Assembly (NCBI GenBank): GCA_963668025.2
Contig: CAXXTH010000017.1
Coordinates: 1,088,001-1,152,000, forward strand
Direction: 5' to 3'
From: Candidatus Hydrogenedentota bacterium
GTDB taxonomy: Bacteria > Hydrogenedentota > Hydrogenedentia > Hydrogenedentales > SLHB01
DNA: 64,000 nt
Part shown: in pieces, positions 28,974-39,697 of the stretch
How the letters are laid out: every line of letters begins with the position of its first letter
Position numbering within the stretch: the first letter of the stretch is position 1
Position numbers and translations under genes: made by a program
The notes under the pieces: model-generated
What the model was told of the DNA's origin: nothing
What the model saw: the letters and a program-made list of their open reading frames with translations, nothing else
Database searches by the model: none

Positions 28974-29246
28974 ATGCTAGAGATTAGTGAGGAGCTTACT
29001 ATTCAGAACGCATTGGGGCTGCATGCCCGGCCAGCGGCTTCGCTGGTTCAAACGGTGCTGCAATACCGATGCGATGTTCAAATTGGGTCGGGCAATCACC
29101 GGGTGAACGCGAAAAGCATCATGGGATTGCTTACTCTCGCCGCTGCCCATGGGGCCCGCCTCATTATCACGTGCCGGGGCGAGGACGCCCAGGAAGCCAT
29201 GGACGCCGTACGGACGCTTATTGAATCGGGATTTGGAGAAGAGTAG
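28974..29246 (+). CDS. ptsH: Phosphocarrier protein HPr
   Basis: GLHARPA and NAKSIMGLL. Confidence 0.95.
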   Translation: MLEISEELTIQNALGLHARPAASLVQTVLQYRCDVQIGSGNHRVNAKSIMGLLTLAAAHGARLIITCRGEDAQEAMDAVRTLIESGFGEE

Positions 29247-31027
29247 TGGAAATCTCCATCAACGGTATCGGTGTGTCGCCGGGCATTGCTATCGGCCCTG
29301 CGCTGACATTTGGAGTGCAAACACTAGATATTGCACGCTATGAAGTGGCCGACCGGGATGCCGAACTCGTGCGGTTTCATGAAGCGCTCAAGGATGCGCG
29401 CAACGCGATCCAGCGCCTGCGCGAGCAAACCGCCGAGCAGCTTGGCGACAAGCACGCGGAGATTTTTGACGCCCACCTCATGATCTTGGACGACCCGTTA
29501 TTCCGCGAGGAAATCGAGAACCGAGTCCGGGATGAAGGGATTAATGTCGAATACCTCGTGGATGACTTCATTGCGCGGATGTCTAAAGCCATCGAGTCCG
29601 TGGATGATACGCGGTTCCGCGAGCGGGCGCGTGACCTCATGGATGTGGGTACGCGCATTCTGGGCAAGCTGTTAAACGCGCCCATGCTCTGCTTGAACCG
29701 CCTCGAGCGGCCAAGTGTTATTGTCGCGCATGATTTATCGCCTTCCGACACGGCGAATTTGGATCTCACCAACACCCTGGGCCTGGCGACTGATCTGAGC
29801 GGACCCACGTCGCATACGGCCATTTTGGCGCGCGCTCTCGAAATCCCCGCCGTGGTTGGCCTCAAATATGTGGGCCAGCATGCACTTTCCGGCGATACCA
29901 TCATCATTGACGGCTCGCAAGGCCGCGTGATCATCCGGCCCAATGAACAAACGCTGGCGGTGATGCGCGCGAAAAAAAAGCAGGAAGAAGAACAGCGCAG
30001 CGCTCTTATCCGCACGGAAGTCAATCGCAGCGTCACCCAGGACGGCCACGATGTGCCGATTCTCGCCAATATCGAGCTTCCGGTCGAGGTGGCGCATGGC
30101 TTGCGCAACCGCGCCCAAGGCGTCGGGTTGTACCGTACGGAATATTTGTTCTTGAACCGCCCCTCGCTGCCTTCGGAAGAAGAGCAATATGAGGCCTACT
30201 GTGAAGTGGCCCAAGCCCTTAAGCCCAGCCCAGTGGTCTTGCGCACCCTTGATTTGGGGGGGGATAAATTTGTTTCTCATATCAATTACGCCGAGGAGCT
30301 GAATCCCCAGCTTGGCTGGCGCGCCATACGTTTTTGCCTGGAGCGCCCCGATATTTTCAAGGCCCAGCTCCGCGCCATTTTCCGCGCCAGCGTCCTGGGC
30401 AATGTGGAAGTCATGTTCCCTTTGATCAGCGGCGTGGACGAGTTTGACCGGGTCATGGTTGTCGTGCGGGAAGTGTTCGCCGATCTGGAACGGCGCTCGG
30501 AGCCTTTTGATAAAAATATCCGGATAGGCACGATGATCGAGGTGCCATCCGCGGTGGCGGTGGCCGATGTATTGGCGAAGCGGTGTGATTTCTTCAGTAT
30601 AGGCACCAACGATCTGATTCAATATTCGCTGGCGGTAGACCGTGTGAACGAGAAAATCGCCCATATGTATGAACCGGCGCATCCCGCCGTGATCCGCATG
30701 ATTCATCATACGGTCAGCGCCGCTAAAGCCGCGGGCATTCCGTGCAGCATATGCGGCGAAATGGCTGGCGATCCGCTTTTTACGGAGTTGTTGGTAGGCC
30801 TCGGGATTTCCTCCTTGAGCATGTCTTCGGTGGCCATACCGATGGTGCGCGCGGAAGTGGCCAGCATCCGCCTTTCATCCGCCAAACGTTTTGCGCGCAA
30901 GGTGCTCGATATGGGCTCCGGCAATGAGATCAAAGCCCTCATGATGAAACGCTACAAGACCCGCCAAAGCACGGAGCGATTGCTCGATCCCAAAACAGAT
31001 GGCGCACCTGCGCCGCAGGCGGAATGA
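29246..31027 (+). CDS. ptsI: PTS enzyme I
   Basis: TSHTAILAR, GVGLYRTE, RTLDLGGDK, NPQLGWR, SIGTNDL, CGEMAGD. Confidence 0.96.
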   Translation: MEISINGIGVSPGIAIGPALTFGVQTLDIARYEVADRDAELVRFHEALKDARNAIQRLREQTAEQLGDKHAEIFDAHLMILDDPLFREEIENRVRDEGINVEYLVDDFIARMSKAIESVDDTRFRERARDLMDVGTRILGKLLNAPMLCLNRLERPSVIVAHDLSPSDTANLDLTNTLGLATDLSGPTSHTAILARALEIPAVVGLKYVGQHALSGDTIIIDGSQGRVIIRPNEQTLAVMRAKKKQEEEQRSALIRTEVNRSVTQDGHDVPILANIELPVEVAHGLRNRAQGVGLYRTEYLFLNRPSLPSEEEQYEAYCEVAQALKPSPVVLRTLDLGGDKFVSHINYAEELNPQLGWRAIRFCLERPDIFKAQLRAIFRASVLGNVEVMFPLISGVDEFDRVMVVVREVFADLERRSEPFDKNIRIGTMIEVPSAVAVADVLAKRCDFFSIGTNDLIQYSLAVDRVNEKIAHMYEPAHPAVIRMIHHTVSAAKAAGIPCSICGEMAGDPLFTELLVGLGISSLSMSSVAIPMVRAEVASIRLSSAKRFARKVLDMGSGNEIKALMMKRYKTRQSTERLLDPKTDGAPAPQAE

Positions 31028-32193
31028 GGCGGGCTTCCTTGAAACGGCAAATTTGCATATTAGGTTCAACCGGCTCCATTGGCCGCAGCGCGCTGGATGT
31101 GGTGCGCCGCCATCCGGATCGCTTTGAAGTATCCGGGCTCGCCGCCCACTCGAACCATGCGCTGCTGGCGGAGCAAATTGCCGAATTCCATCCCGCTACA
31201 GCGGTCTTGGCGGATGAAGAAGCGGCGGCGCGCTTGAGGCGGGACTGCCCAAATACCACGGTGTTGAGCGGGCCGGGCGGGCTCGAAGAACTGGCTTCGA
31301 AGCCGGTGGATGTAGTGCTGTGCGCCGTAGTGGGCGCGGTGGGGCTCAAGCCGATACTCCGCGCTATCGAAGCAGGCAGCCGTATCGCGCTGGCCAATAA
31401 AGAGCCGCTGGTCATGGCGGGCGCGCTCATTCTCGAACACGCCCGCGCCCATGGCGTCGCTATTACGCCAGTGGACAGCGAACACAGTGCGATCTTCCAA
31501 TGCCTGCATGGCCACCGGCCCGAAGATGTGGCGTGCATTTTTCTGACGGCGTCGGGCGGGCCGTTCTACGGGCGCAAGCGGGAAAGCCTCGCGCAGGTGT
31601 CGCCCGAAGAAGCCGCCAGCCATCCCACCTGGAATATGGGCAAAAAGATCAGCGTGGATTCGGCCACCCTCATGAATAAAGGGCTTGAAGTGGTCGAAGC
31701 GATGTGGCTCTTTGGATTGTCCGTGGACCGCATCCATGTGGTGATCCATCCGCAAAGCATTGTGCATGGCCTGGTCGAGTTCAACGACGGGAGCATTCTG
31801 GCGCATCTGGGCTTGACGGATATGAAGTTTCCCATCGAGTTCGCACTGGCGTGGCCTGAACGCATGGCGTCGCCCATGGGCCGCCTCGACTTGGCCCGTG
31901 CGCGGCAGCTTACGTTTGCAGCGCCGGATTTTTCGGAATTCCCCTGCCTGGGTTATGCCCTCGATGCGGCGCGCCAGGGCGGCACGGCCACTTCGATCTT
32001 GAATGCGGCCAACGAAACCGCCGTGCAGGCCTTCTGCGGCCACCGGCTTGCCTTCCTCGAAATCGCGGAAGTAGTCCGCCGTGTGATGGAGTCCTGTCCC
32101 GGCTCAGTGCAGACGAATCTCGACGCCATCCTGCACGCCGATGCCGAAGCGCGCCGTATGGCGGAAGAAGTCATCCACCAGCTTGCGCACTGA
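31024..32193 (+). CDS. dxr: 1-deoxy-D-xylulose 5-phosphate reductoisomerase
   Basis: LGSTGSIG, LANKE, PVDSEHSAIFQ, HPTWNMGKKISVDSATLMNKGLE. Confidence 0.97.
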   Translation: MRRASLKRQICILGSTGSIGRSALDVVRRHPDRFEVSGLAAHSNHALLAEQIAEFHPATAVLADEEAAARLRRDCPNTTVLSGPGGLEELASKPVDVVLCAVVGAVGLKPILRAIEAGSRIALANKEPLVMAGALILEHARAHGVAITPVDSEHSAIFQCLHGHRPEDVACIFLTASGGPFYGRKRESLAQVSPEEAASHPTWNMGKKISVDSATLMNKGLEVVEAMWLFGLSVDRIHVVIHPQSIVHGLVEFNDGSILAHLGLTDMKFPIEFALAWPERMASPMGRLDLARARQLTFAAPDFSEFPCLGYALDAARQGGTATSILNAANETAVQAFCGHRLAFLEIAEVVRRVMESCPGSVQTNLDAILHADAEARRMAEEVIHQLAH

Positions 32194-32310
32194 GTTATTC
32201 TCTTTTGTTGACAAGTACGCTCAAGAATTTCCACAATTGGTGAATTTTGCCGTTGCAATCGGTGCATCGCCGCAGTGTTGAAAAGCGGTGCTTAAAGGAG
32301 CTGCGTATAT

Positions 32311-34077
32311 ATGGTTGATTTACTGGTATTTTTTCTCGTGCTCGGGCTTCTCGTGTTTTTTCACGAGATGGGCCATTTCATCGCCGCGAAGGTTTGCGGG
32401 GTGTATGTCGAGCGTTTTAGCCTTGGAATGCCGCCGCGCATTTTCGGCATCAAGTGGGGCGAGACGGATTATTGCATCGGCTTGACGCCTATTGGCGGCT
32501 ACGTGAAAATGGCTGGGCAGGAAGATGTGCCCACCAGCGAGGAAGAACGAGAAAAAGAATACGCCAGCATTCCCAAAGAGCGCTGGCTGGATCAGAAACC
32601 GCGCTGGCAGCGGGCCATCGTGTTCGCGGCAGGGCCGTTCATGAATATCGTGCTGGCCGTGCTGCTTTATGCCCTCGTGGCGGCTTGTGGCGAGGATGTG
32701 CCCGCCTCGAAATTCGACAACCGCATCGGCGCTATCCTTCCGGATTCGCCCGCCGCGACGGCGCAGCTCTATAAGATGCCCGCCTCGGGTGAGCCGGATT
32801 TCTCCGCGCAACCGGACGCCATCGGTTGGAAGACAGGCGACCGCGTCCTCAGCGTGAATGGCGAGCGCATTGAAAGCATTGCAGACGTGGCGTTCAACGC
32901 CATTCTGGGTTCAGGCGAAAAAATGCGGGTGGAAATTGAGCGGATCGGCCCCGATGGGCAGCCCGCGCCATTCATATCTTTGGTTGAACCCGTTCCGCTC
33001 GAGGGAGAACGGCATCCGCGTTTTGGCATTGCGCCATTTAATGCCGCATTGGTGGGGGAAGTGCTCGATGACACACCGGCCAAGGCCGCAGGCCTCCAGC
33101 CGGATGATATTATCGTGCGCGCGGATGGCGAGCTTATTGATTCCCAGTCATTCTCGCAAGCCGTCTCGAAAAAAACGGGGAACCAGCCCGTGGATCTCGA
33201 GATAAAGCGCGGCGATGAAACGATACATATCCAAACGGTTCCCAAAGTGATTGGCAGTTTGGGGGCCGTGTTTACCCCGCCGCTGTTTTCGGAAGAAGCG
33301 GCGGAGCGGGAAGAACAGCCCACGGTAATCGCGATTGAGCGGCGGAACACCGCCGGTTCGGATGCTAAACAGGCTGGCATTTTCGAGCTCTTCCGCCGCA
33401 TGTTGCAGAAGGATACGGAAGCGCCTGGAAAATCCTGGCTGCTGCCCAAAGATCAGGTGCTCGAAATAGACGGGCAGCCCGCCACCGTGGCGGCGCTTGA
33501 CGCGCTTACGCTGGCCCGGCCAGACGCCACCGTGCAGCTTACCGTGCATCGGCCCGCGATATTGGGAGGCTTGCTGCGTCCTGAAAGCACCGAGACGTTT
33601 CCCGTGACGCTCAAGCCCGAGGGAAAACTCGGCATTGTGTGGAAAACGGAGATGGTCTTCCACCGGGTGCCGCCAATGGAAATCGCATCGGACGCGATAG
33701 CCCGCTCGAACCAGGCGCTGGCGCGCACGCTGCGTGTGCTGGGTTCGCTGGTGACCGGCGGGCTGGGCATGAAGGATTTGGGCGGCCCGGTGATGATCTT
33801 CCGCGCTACGACTCAAGCGCGCCAGATGGGCCTGACTTGGCTGATCGAGATCACGGCGTTCATCAGCATCAATCTAGCGGTCTTCAATCTGCTGCCGCTG
33901 CCGGTGCTGGATGGCGGACATTTGATGCTGCTTTGTGTCGAAGGCGTGCGGCGCAAGCCCGTCAACGTGCGCATTGTCGAAAGAGTGCAGCAGGCGGGGC
34001 TATTCCTGATCCTCGGGCTGTTTATATTTGTCATCTTTAATGACATTCGGACTTGGATCAATGATGTTATACCGTAA
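32311..34077 (+). CDS. rseP: RIP metalloprotease RseP
   Basis: HEMGH, GGYVKM, AGPFMN, NLLPLPVLDGG; PDZ segments; follows dxr. Confidence 0.93.
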   Translation: MVDLLVFFLVLGLLVFFHEMGHFIAAKVCGVYVERFSLGMPPRIFGIKWGETDYCIGLTPIGGYVKMAGQEDVPTSEEEREKEYASIPKERWLDQKPRWQRAIVFAAGPFMNIVLAVLLYALVAACGEDVPASKFDNRIGAILPDSPAATAQLYKMPASGEPDFSAQPDAIGWKTGDRVLSVNGERIESIADVAFNAILGSGEKMRVEIERIGPDGQPAPFISLVEPVPLEGERHPRFGIAPFNAALVGEVLDDTPAKAAGLQPDDIIVRADGELIDSQSFSQAVSKKTGNQPVDLEIKRGDETIHIQTVPKVIGSLGAVFTPPLFSEEAAEREEQPTVIAIERRNTAGSDAKQAGIFELFRRMLQKDTEAPGKSWLLPKDQVLEIDGQPATVAALDALTLARPDATVQLTVHRPAILGGLLRPESTETFPVTLKPEGKLGIVWKTEMVFHRVPPMEIASDAIARSNQALARTLRVLGSLVTGGLGMKDLGGPVMIFRATTQARQMGLTWLIEITAFISINLAVFNLLPLPVLDGGHLMLLCVEGVRRKPVNVRIVERVQQAGLFLILGLFIFVIFNDIRTWINDVIP

Positions 34078-34171
34078 TAAGCTCCGACTGATCCGACCGA
34101 TCTGACTGATCCGTCGGATTTGACAATATGGCAAACCGCCCCGGAGGGGCCAACAGGAGCAGCATACGCAT

Positions 34172-35479
34172 ATGGGCACGCTAACATGCAAATTCGGCGG
34201 CAGCTCGCTTGCCGACGCCGGTTGTTTCCGGCAGGTCGAGCGCATCATCACCTCGAATCCCCACCGGCGCTTCATCGTCCCGTCGGCCCCGGGCAAGCGG
34301 TCGCCAAACGACAAGAAGATCACGGACTTGCTGTATGCCTGGCATAACCTGCTTAGCCAAGGGCTTGACGCTTCGGAACCGCGCGGGCTCATTGCGGAAC
34401 GTTTCCGTGAATTATCCGCCGAATTGGGCATCACCTTCGATATTGACGCCCACCTGGAACAAATCGTGGCCGAGGGCGGGCATCATCCCGAGCCGGATTA
34501 TATGGCTTCACGCGGTGAATACCTGAATGGCTTGCTTTTAAGCGGGCTGCTGGGCGCGACGTTTGTCGATCCCGCCGAGTGCATTAAGTTTGACATGGAG
34601 GGACGGCTGGATCCGTTCTCGTACGAAATGCTCGGGCAGCGCCTATTTGGGCAGGGGCTGTTTGTCATACCGGGATTCTATGGCTCCACGCCGGATGGCC
34701 AAATCAAGACGTTCTCACGCGGGGGCAGCGATGTATCGGGGGCCATCGTGGCGCGCGCCTCGGATTCGAGCATGTATGAGAACTGGACGGATGTCTCCGG
34801 TTTTCGCATGGCGGATCCGCGCATCGTGCCGGACGCCAAACGCATTGACGAAATCACGTATAGGGAATTGCGGGAGCTTTCGTATATGGGCGCGAATGTG
34901 CTCCATGATGAAGCCATATTCCCCGTGCGCGAACCGGGTATCCCGATCAACATCCGCAACACAAAAGACCCGGATAATGCAGGTACGATGATTCTGCCCA
35001 CGCGCGAAGCCAAACACCCGGTCGTGGGTATCGCGGGGCGCAGGGGCTTCACAATGCTGAGCATCGAGAAGACCTTGATGAATAAAGAGCGGGGATTCGG
35101 GAGGCGGGTGCTCTCGATCCTCGAAGAATTCAATATCAGTTTCGAGCATATGCCCACCGGCATTGATACGTTATCGGTTATCGTGGAGGACAAGGAGCTG
35201 GCCAATCATAGCGCGGCGATCCTCAAGGCCATCGAGCGCATCTGCGAGCCGGACCGCGTAACGGTGTCCCAAGACCTCGCCATGATCGCCACGGTCGGCC
35301 AAGGCATGACCGGCCACGTGGGCATGGCGGCGCGGCTCTGCTCGGCCCTGGCCAAGGCTTCCGTGAATATCCGTGTCATCGACCAAGGCTCTTCGGAAAA
35401 CAACATCATTGTGGGTGTGAAGGCGGAAGCGCTCGAGATCGCCGTGAAGGCCATCTATGGGGCGTTCGCGGAAATATAA
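34172..35479 (+). CDS. lysC: Aspartate kinase
   Basis: KFGGSS, TFSRGGSD, WTDVSG...ADPR, two ACT domains. Confidence 0.92.
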   Translation: MGTLTCKFGGSSLADAGCFRQVERIITSNPHRRFIVPSAPGKRSPNDKKITDLLYAWHNLLSQGLDASEPRGLIAERFRELSAELGITFDIDAHLEQIVAEGGHHPEPDYMASRGEYLNGLLLSGLLGATFVDPAECIKFDMEGRLDPFSYEMLGQRLFGQGLFVIPGFYGSTPDGQIKTFSRGGSDVSGAIVARASDSSMYENWTDVSGFRMADPRIVPDAKRIDEITYRELRELSYMGANVLHDEAIFPVREPGIPINIRNTKDPDNAGTMILPTREAKHPVVGIAGRRGFTMLSIEKTLMNKERGFGRRVLSILEEFNISFEHMPTGIDTLSVIVEDKELANHSAAILKAIERICEPDRVTVSQDLAMIATVGQGMTGHVGMAARLCSALAKASVNIRVIDQGSSENNIIVGVKAEALEIAVKAIYGAFAEI

Positions 35480-35485
35480 AGAACG

Positions 35486-35652
35486 AGACCACGAAATACA
35501 CTAAATACACTAAAATATGTAGCAAATTGAACGATCTAAGTGAATTAGGTCGCTTAGACAAGCATTTTTGTAACATATATTATTTAGATCCGATAATGCC
35601 AGATCCGACATATCCGAGTAGGCTTTAGTGTATTTAGTGTATTTCGTGGTCT
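35486..35652. repeat. Perfect 29-bp inverted repeat pair with 9-nt periodic arms
   Basis: AGACCACGAAATACACTAAATACACTAAA at 35486-35514 and its exact reverse complement at 35624-35652. Confidence 0.9.
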
Positions 35653-35674
35653 AACAACCTAGAGGAACCTCGTC

Positions 35675-37105
35675 ATGCGCCGGACAAAAATCGTATGCAC
35701 GATTGGGCCTAGCTCGGAGAGCGAAGAGCGGATCCATGAATTGATCCGCGCGGGCATGGACGTGGCCCGGCTCAATTTCTCTCATGGAGAGCATGCCGAC
35801 CATGCGCGCGCCCATCAGCGGATTCGAGAGGCCGCGTCGGATTTGAACCGGCCCGTGGCCACGCTGATGGACCTCCAGGGGCCGAAGATCCGCACGGGCC
35901 TCCTCGAAAACGGCGCGCCCATCGAGCTCAAAGACGGCGCATCTCTGATCATCACCACCGAGAACATCGCGGGAACCGCCGCGAGGATCTCGACGACCTA
36001 CGCCGAACTGCCCCAGGATGTAAAACCTGGCGATACCATCTCGATGGCGGATGGCGTCCTCGAACTCAAAGTCGAAGCCGTATCCGCGCCCGAGGTGCGC
36101 TGCCGGGTTATCCATGGCGGAAGCCTGGGCCAGCATAAGGGCATCAATCTGCCCGGCGTAGCCGTGAGCGCGCCCTCGGTCACGGAAAAAGACATGGAAG
36201 ACCTGAAGTTTGGGCTTTCGTTGGGCGTGGACTACGTCGCGTTGTCCTTCGTGCGGCGTCCCGAGGATATCCGCAAAGTGAAACGTGCGATTCAGGAGGC
36301 CGGTTCGCGCGCCCAAGTGGTGGCGAAAATCGAGCGGCCCGAGGCCCTTGAATGCTTCGAGGATATACTGGCCGAGACCGATGTGGTCATGGTGGCCCGG
36401 GGCGATTTGGGCGTCGAGGTGCCGCTGGACCAAGTGCCGCAGATCCAGAAAGATCTGATCCGCAAGTGCAACGCTTACGGCACGCCCGTCATTACCGCCA
36501 CGCAGATGCTCGAGTCCATGATGTCCAATCCGCGCCCCACGCGCGCCGAGGCCAATGACGTGGCCAACGCCATTTATGACGGCACCGACGCCGTCATGCT
36601 TTCCGGCGAGACGGCGGCGGGGCGTTTTCCCATTGAATCCGTATGCACCATGGCCCGCATCGCGCAAGCCGCCGACGAGGCCATCGCCCGCATGCCTGCT
36701 CCGCACGGGGATGACCATTTCGACGTGCATGCCAACGCCTTCAGCAAGGCCATCGGCAACGCGGTGTACCACACGTGCGAGGCGTTGCGGCCCCGGCGCA
36801 TCGTCTGTTTCACCAGTTCCGGCTACACCGCCGCCCGCATCGCCCGTTACCGTCCCCGCGCGCCCATCAGCGCTTTCACGCTCACGGAAGAAGCCCAGCG
36901 GCGTTGCGCGCTCTATTGGGGCGTCGATGCGGTGCTTTGCCAGGAGGAGCGGACTATTGATGAGATGATGGCCACCATGGACCAGATGCTGTTGGCGCAC
37001 GGCCTCGCGCAAATGGGCGACACCATCATCGTGGCGGCAGGCACGCCGCTCGCCGTGGCGGGGCGCACCAACCTAATGAAGCTGCATGTAGTGGGCGATA
37101 CATGA
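35675..37105 (+). CDS. pyk: Pyruvate kinase
   Basis: RRTKIVCTIGP, RLNFSHG, DLQGPKIR, MVARGDLGVE, TATQMLESM, DAVMLSGET. Confidence 0.97.
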   Translation: MRRTKIVCTIGPSSESEERIHELIRAGMDVARLNFSHGEHADHARAHQRIREAASDLNRPVATLMDLQGPKIRTGLLENGAPIELKDGASLIITTENIAGTAARISTTYAELPQDVKPGDTISMADGVLELKVEAVSAPEVRCRVIHGGSLGQHKGINLPGVAVSAPSVTEKDMEDLKFGLSLGVDYVALSFVRRPEDIRKVKRAIQEAGSRAQVVAKIERPEALECFEDILAETDVVMVARGDLGVEVPLDQVPQIQKDLIRKCNAYGTPVITATQMLESMMSNPRPTRAEANDVANAIYDGTDAVMLSGETAAGRFPIESVCTMARIAQAADEAIARMPAPHGDDHFDVHANAFSKAIGNAVYHTCEALRPRRIVCFTSSGYTAARIARYRPRAPISAFTLTEEAQRRCALYWGVDAVLCQEERTIDEMMATMDQMLLAHGLAQMGDTIIVAAGTPLAVAGRTNLMKLHVVGDT

Positions 37106-37109
37106 GAGT

Positions 37110-37159
37110 CGTAGCATGGCCGTCCCGGCCATGCGCATGGGCGGGACGCCCATGCTACG
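37110..37159. repeat. REP-like palindrome doublet (GTAG type)
   Basis: GTAG-CATGGCCGTCCCGGCCATG...CATGGGCGGGACGCCCATG-CTAC; related copies near 25176, 48349 and 57298. Confidence 0.8.
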
Positions 37160-37232
37160 GAATGCGGCAAACCGGAAACTACGGAGGCGTCCGGTATATG
37201 TGAAGGGCGTATGCATTACAATGGATTTTTTA

Positions 37233-37392
37233 TTTCACCACGGGGACACGGGGGAGCGCATGCCGCATATTCACGATAGGAGTTTTTTGACCGCATAACA
37301 GCATCTCTTCTTTCTTTATACATAATACCAGTTCTTTCGATTTAGGCCACTTTTCCCGCCTCGCTCTAGCTCCCCGTGTCCCCATGGCAAAA
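37233..37392. repeat. Imperfect inverted repeat pair around an AT-rich spacer
   Basis: TTTCACCACGGGGACACGGGGGAGC versus GCTCCCCGTGTCCCCATGGCAAAA. Confidence 0.75.
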
Positions 37393-37395
37393 CAT

Positions 37396-37878
37396 TTACG
37401 CGCCCACCTGCGCTAGAATCACTACGTAGTTTTTCCCGTATTTCTTGGCGCATTTCGGGCATGTGGTGTAATAGAAATATAACTTTTCGAGGCGTTTGCC
37501 CTTGCCCGCCACGAACGCCTTCATCTCCGTAATCCATGCGCCCATGTTCCGGTACGGCCCCTCGAACACCTTCGAGAGAAACGTTCCGGAAATAGTGGCC
37601 ATTTGCGCGCCGGGCACATCTTTGGCGGTTTCGATATACACATCCGCACCCCATAAGGAATTTTCATCCGAAAGGACCACCATGTTTTCTAGCCCCGCAT
37701 CTGCCGCTTGGATGGCGGCCATATTCCGCCGCATCACCGCGCCGAAATTGAGCGGAATGTGGAACACGCTGATCACGCGGTCTTTGATGAACCGCCTGTC
37801 CTCCCAGCGCAACTCCTTTTCGTCCCAAGGCTCCGGTTCAAACTGAGGGCAACATACATCGCTTGCATCGGTATCCAT
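37396..37878 (-). CDS. Conserved hypothetical protein, possibly GyrI-like fold
   Basis: GGAGG RBS; CCPxFxPxPWD N-terminus, SKVFEGPY, YYTTCPKCAKKYGKNYVV C-terminus. Confidence 0.7.
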   Translation of the reverse strand: MDTDASDVCCPQFEPEPWDEKELRWEDRRFIKDRVISVFHIPLNFGAVMRRNMAAIQAADAGLENMVVLSDENSLWGADVYIETAKDVPGAQMATISGTFLSKVFEGPYRNMGAWITEMKAFVAGKGKRLEKLYFYYTTCPKCAKKYGKNYVVILAQVGA

Positions 37879-37920
37879 CGGTTTTTCCTCCCTAGAAATC
37901 TAGCCCCAAAACAGAGTCAT

Positions 37921-38011
37921 CTTTTTCATCGCAGAGGCGCAGGGAACGCGGAGATTCGCGGAGAGGATTCCATCCTATGTGATATCTCTGCGCATCTCCG
38001 CGCCCTCCGCG
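37921..38011. repeat. Palindromic repeat, copy 1
   Basis: TTTTCATCGCAGAGGCGCAGGGAACGCGGAGATTCGCGGAGAG-loop-TCTCTGCGCATCTCCGCGCCCTCCGCG. Confidence 0.85.
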
Positions 38012-38076
38012 TTTGGTCTCATATCATTTTTTCTTTTTTGACAAGATTTACAAGATGCACAAGATTACCCTTCTGG

Positions 38077-38793
38077 TCACCCTGCACCGTTTACGCCCTC
38101 AGGCTCCGGAAAACGGATCTCGATCTCTTCGTCTCTCTTCGGCAGCATCTGGAAAAAGAGCGCCATGGGCGCGAGCATACACCAAATGATAGAAAGCGGA
38201 ATCCACATAAGGATCTCATCCACGGAGCTGCGAATCCTTCTACCCGCAAGGGATCCGGGATATTTTATTTTAGTGAAACCGGACACTTCCCGGCGGGCGT
38301 CGAGCAAACTGCGAACGGAAGGGAAGGGTGTAAGGGCTGTCTCCATCAAAGATGTGGTTTTCCGTTCGCGCCGCGAGTTGAACCAGAAAAGCGCCATCGA
38401 GACGGGTCCAAACGGTAGCGCGTAGATATAGAAAAAGCCTCCCGCGATGGATGGAATCAGGCCTGGAAGGCATAGGACGAAACATATGGCGGCTATCACG
38501 TTGGTGGAGCCCCATCGCCACCGAGGAGACGCCATCCTGAGTTCCCTGGCGGACTCTAGAAGCAGGAGATGCCGGTTGAAGTAGTCCCATTCTTCTTTTG
38601 AGGCGGCGATTGGATGGTCTTTGCAATCATCGTAGAAGAACCACAGTTGCTTCCGGACGAAATGCACGGTTTCGTCACCGGATGTGGCCTCGATTTCTCC
38701 GAGCATGTCGTCAAATTGAAAAGCGGTGATCTCCTCGCTCATGTACGAACGTATCGCCTGCGCCATCTGGTTTCGAGCGTCTCGATCTACCAT
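38077..38793 (-). CDS. Hypothetical membrane protein (paralog A)
   Basis: GGAGG RBS; about 3 TM helices; similar to 38950-39660. Confidence 0.75.
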   Translation of the reverse strand: MVDRDARNQMAQAIRSYMSEEITAFQFDDMLGEIEATSGDETVHFVRKQLWFFYDDCKDHPIAASKEEWDYFNRHLLLLESARELRMASPRWRWGSTNVIAAICFVLCLPGLIPSIAGGFFYIYALPFGPVSMALFWFNSRRERKTTSLMETALTPFPSVRSLLDARREVSGFTKIKYPGSLAGRRIRSSVDEILMWIPLSIIWCMLAPMALFFQMLPKRDEEIEIRFPEPEGVNGAG

Positions 38794-38833
38794 TTATACC
38801 TCCAAATCCACCTATGTTGAAGAAAGCATACTT

Positions 38834-38931
38834 CTTTTCATCGCAGAGGCGCAGGGAACACGGAGATTCGCGGAGAGGATTCTATTTCATGTGATATCTC
38901 CGCGCATCTCCGCGCCTTCTGCGCATCTCCG
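38834..38931. repeat. Palindromic repeat, copy 2
   Basis: Near-identical to 37921-38011. Confidence 0.85.
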
Positions 38932-38949
38932 TCTTAGTTAAATTCAATA

Positions 38950-39660
38950 TTAATACGTAATCCTCGTTTTGCTTTGCTTGTCTCTTTCTGGCAGTACTTG
39001 TAGGAGAAGCACGACAGGGGAGAATAAACACCAAATCAAGAAAAGCGGGAGCGCAGTAATCCAGCTTTGTCTTGCTCGTCCACTCAATACTAGGTCTGCA
39101 CGCGAGACTAAAGAGCTTATAACTTTAACATTGTTCTTTTCGCTGTAATTATTAAGCAAGATATCTACCAAACCAAAAGACTTAAGCCTTGTTTCCCAGT
39201 TCGAATTGGCCTCTGCAATATACTTCGCGCGAAACCAGGCGAGACATATCGATACCATTGTACATCCCAACAGACAGCAACCCAACAAAAGAGTCGAATG
39301 TGGGGACTTGCTCGCTGGCAATGCGGCCGCAACAAATACGGTGTAACAGGCCGCAGCTATTGCTTGCCTGAGCCCCCATCGCCACGGAGTCACCGTGATT
39401 TCGATCTCCTGATCCGAATCTAGGAGTCGGATACAGCGTTCCAGAAATTCCAATTCCTCTTTCGTGGCGACGATCTTGTGAGCTTCCATATCGTCATAGT
39501 AATACGCCTGTATTTTCCCTATTACAAAGGCTGCTGTTTCGTCTTTGGTAGCCGCCCGGATTCCATAAGTCGTTTCATCAAATTCATCGGAGGTAGTCTC
39601 CTTGCTCATGTATGACCGTATCGCCTTCGTGATTTGCTCTCGTGTGTTTTGTTCTACCAT
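38950..39660 (-). CDS. Hypothetical membrane protein (paralog B)
   Basis: GGAGG RBS; AIRSYMS..., WRWG and PxxLxxQxLPxRD shared with paralog A. Confidence 0.75.
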   Translation of the reverse strand: MVEQNTREQITKAIRSYMSKETTSDEFDETTYGIRAATKDETAAFVIGKIQAYYYDDMEAHKIVATKEELEFLERCIRLLDSDQEIEITVTPWRWGLRQAIAAACYTVFVAAALPASKSPHSTLLLGCCLLGCTMVSICLAWFRAKYIAEANSNWETRLKSFGLVDILLNNYSEKNNVKVISSLVSRADLVLSGRARQSWITALPLFLIWCLFSPVVLLLQVLPERDKQSKTRITY

Positions 39661-39697
39661 TTTTACCTCCAAGTCCACCTAAGTTGAAGAATACATG

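Noticed and set aside
26250-31027. PTS cluster without EII permeases as a novelty
   Set aside because: Regulatory hprK-rapZ-HPr-EI clusters without permeases are well known.
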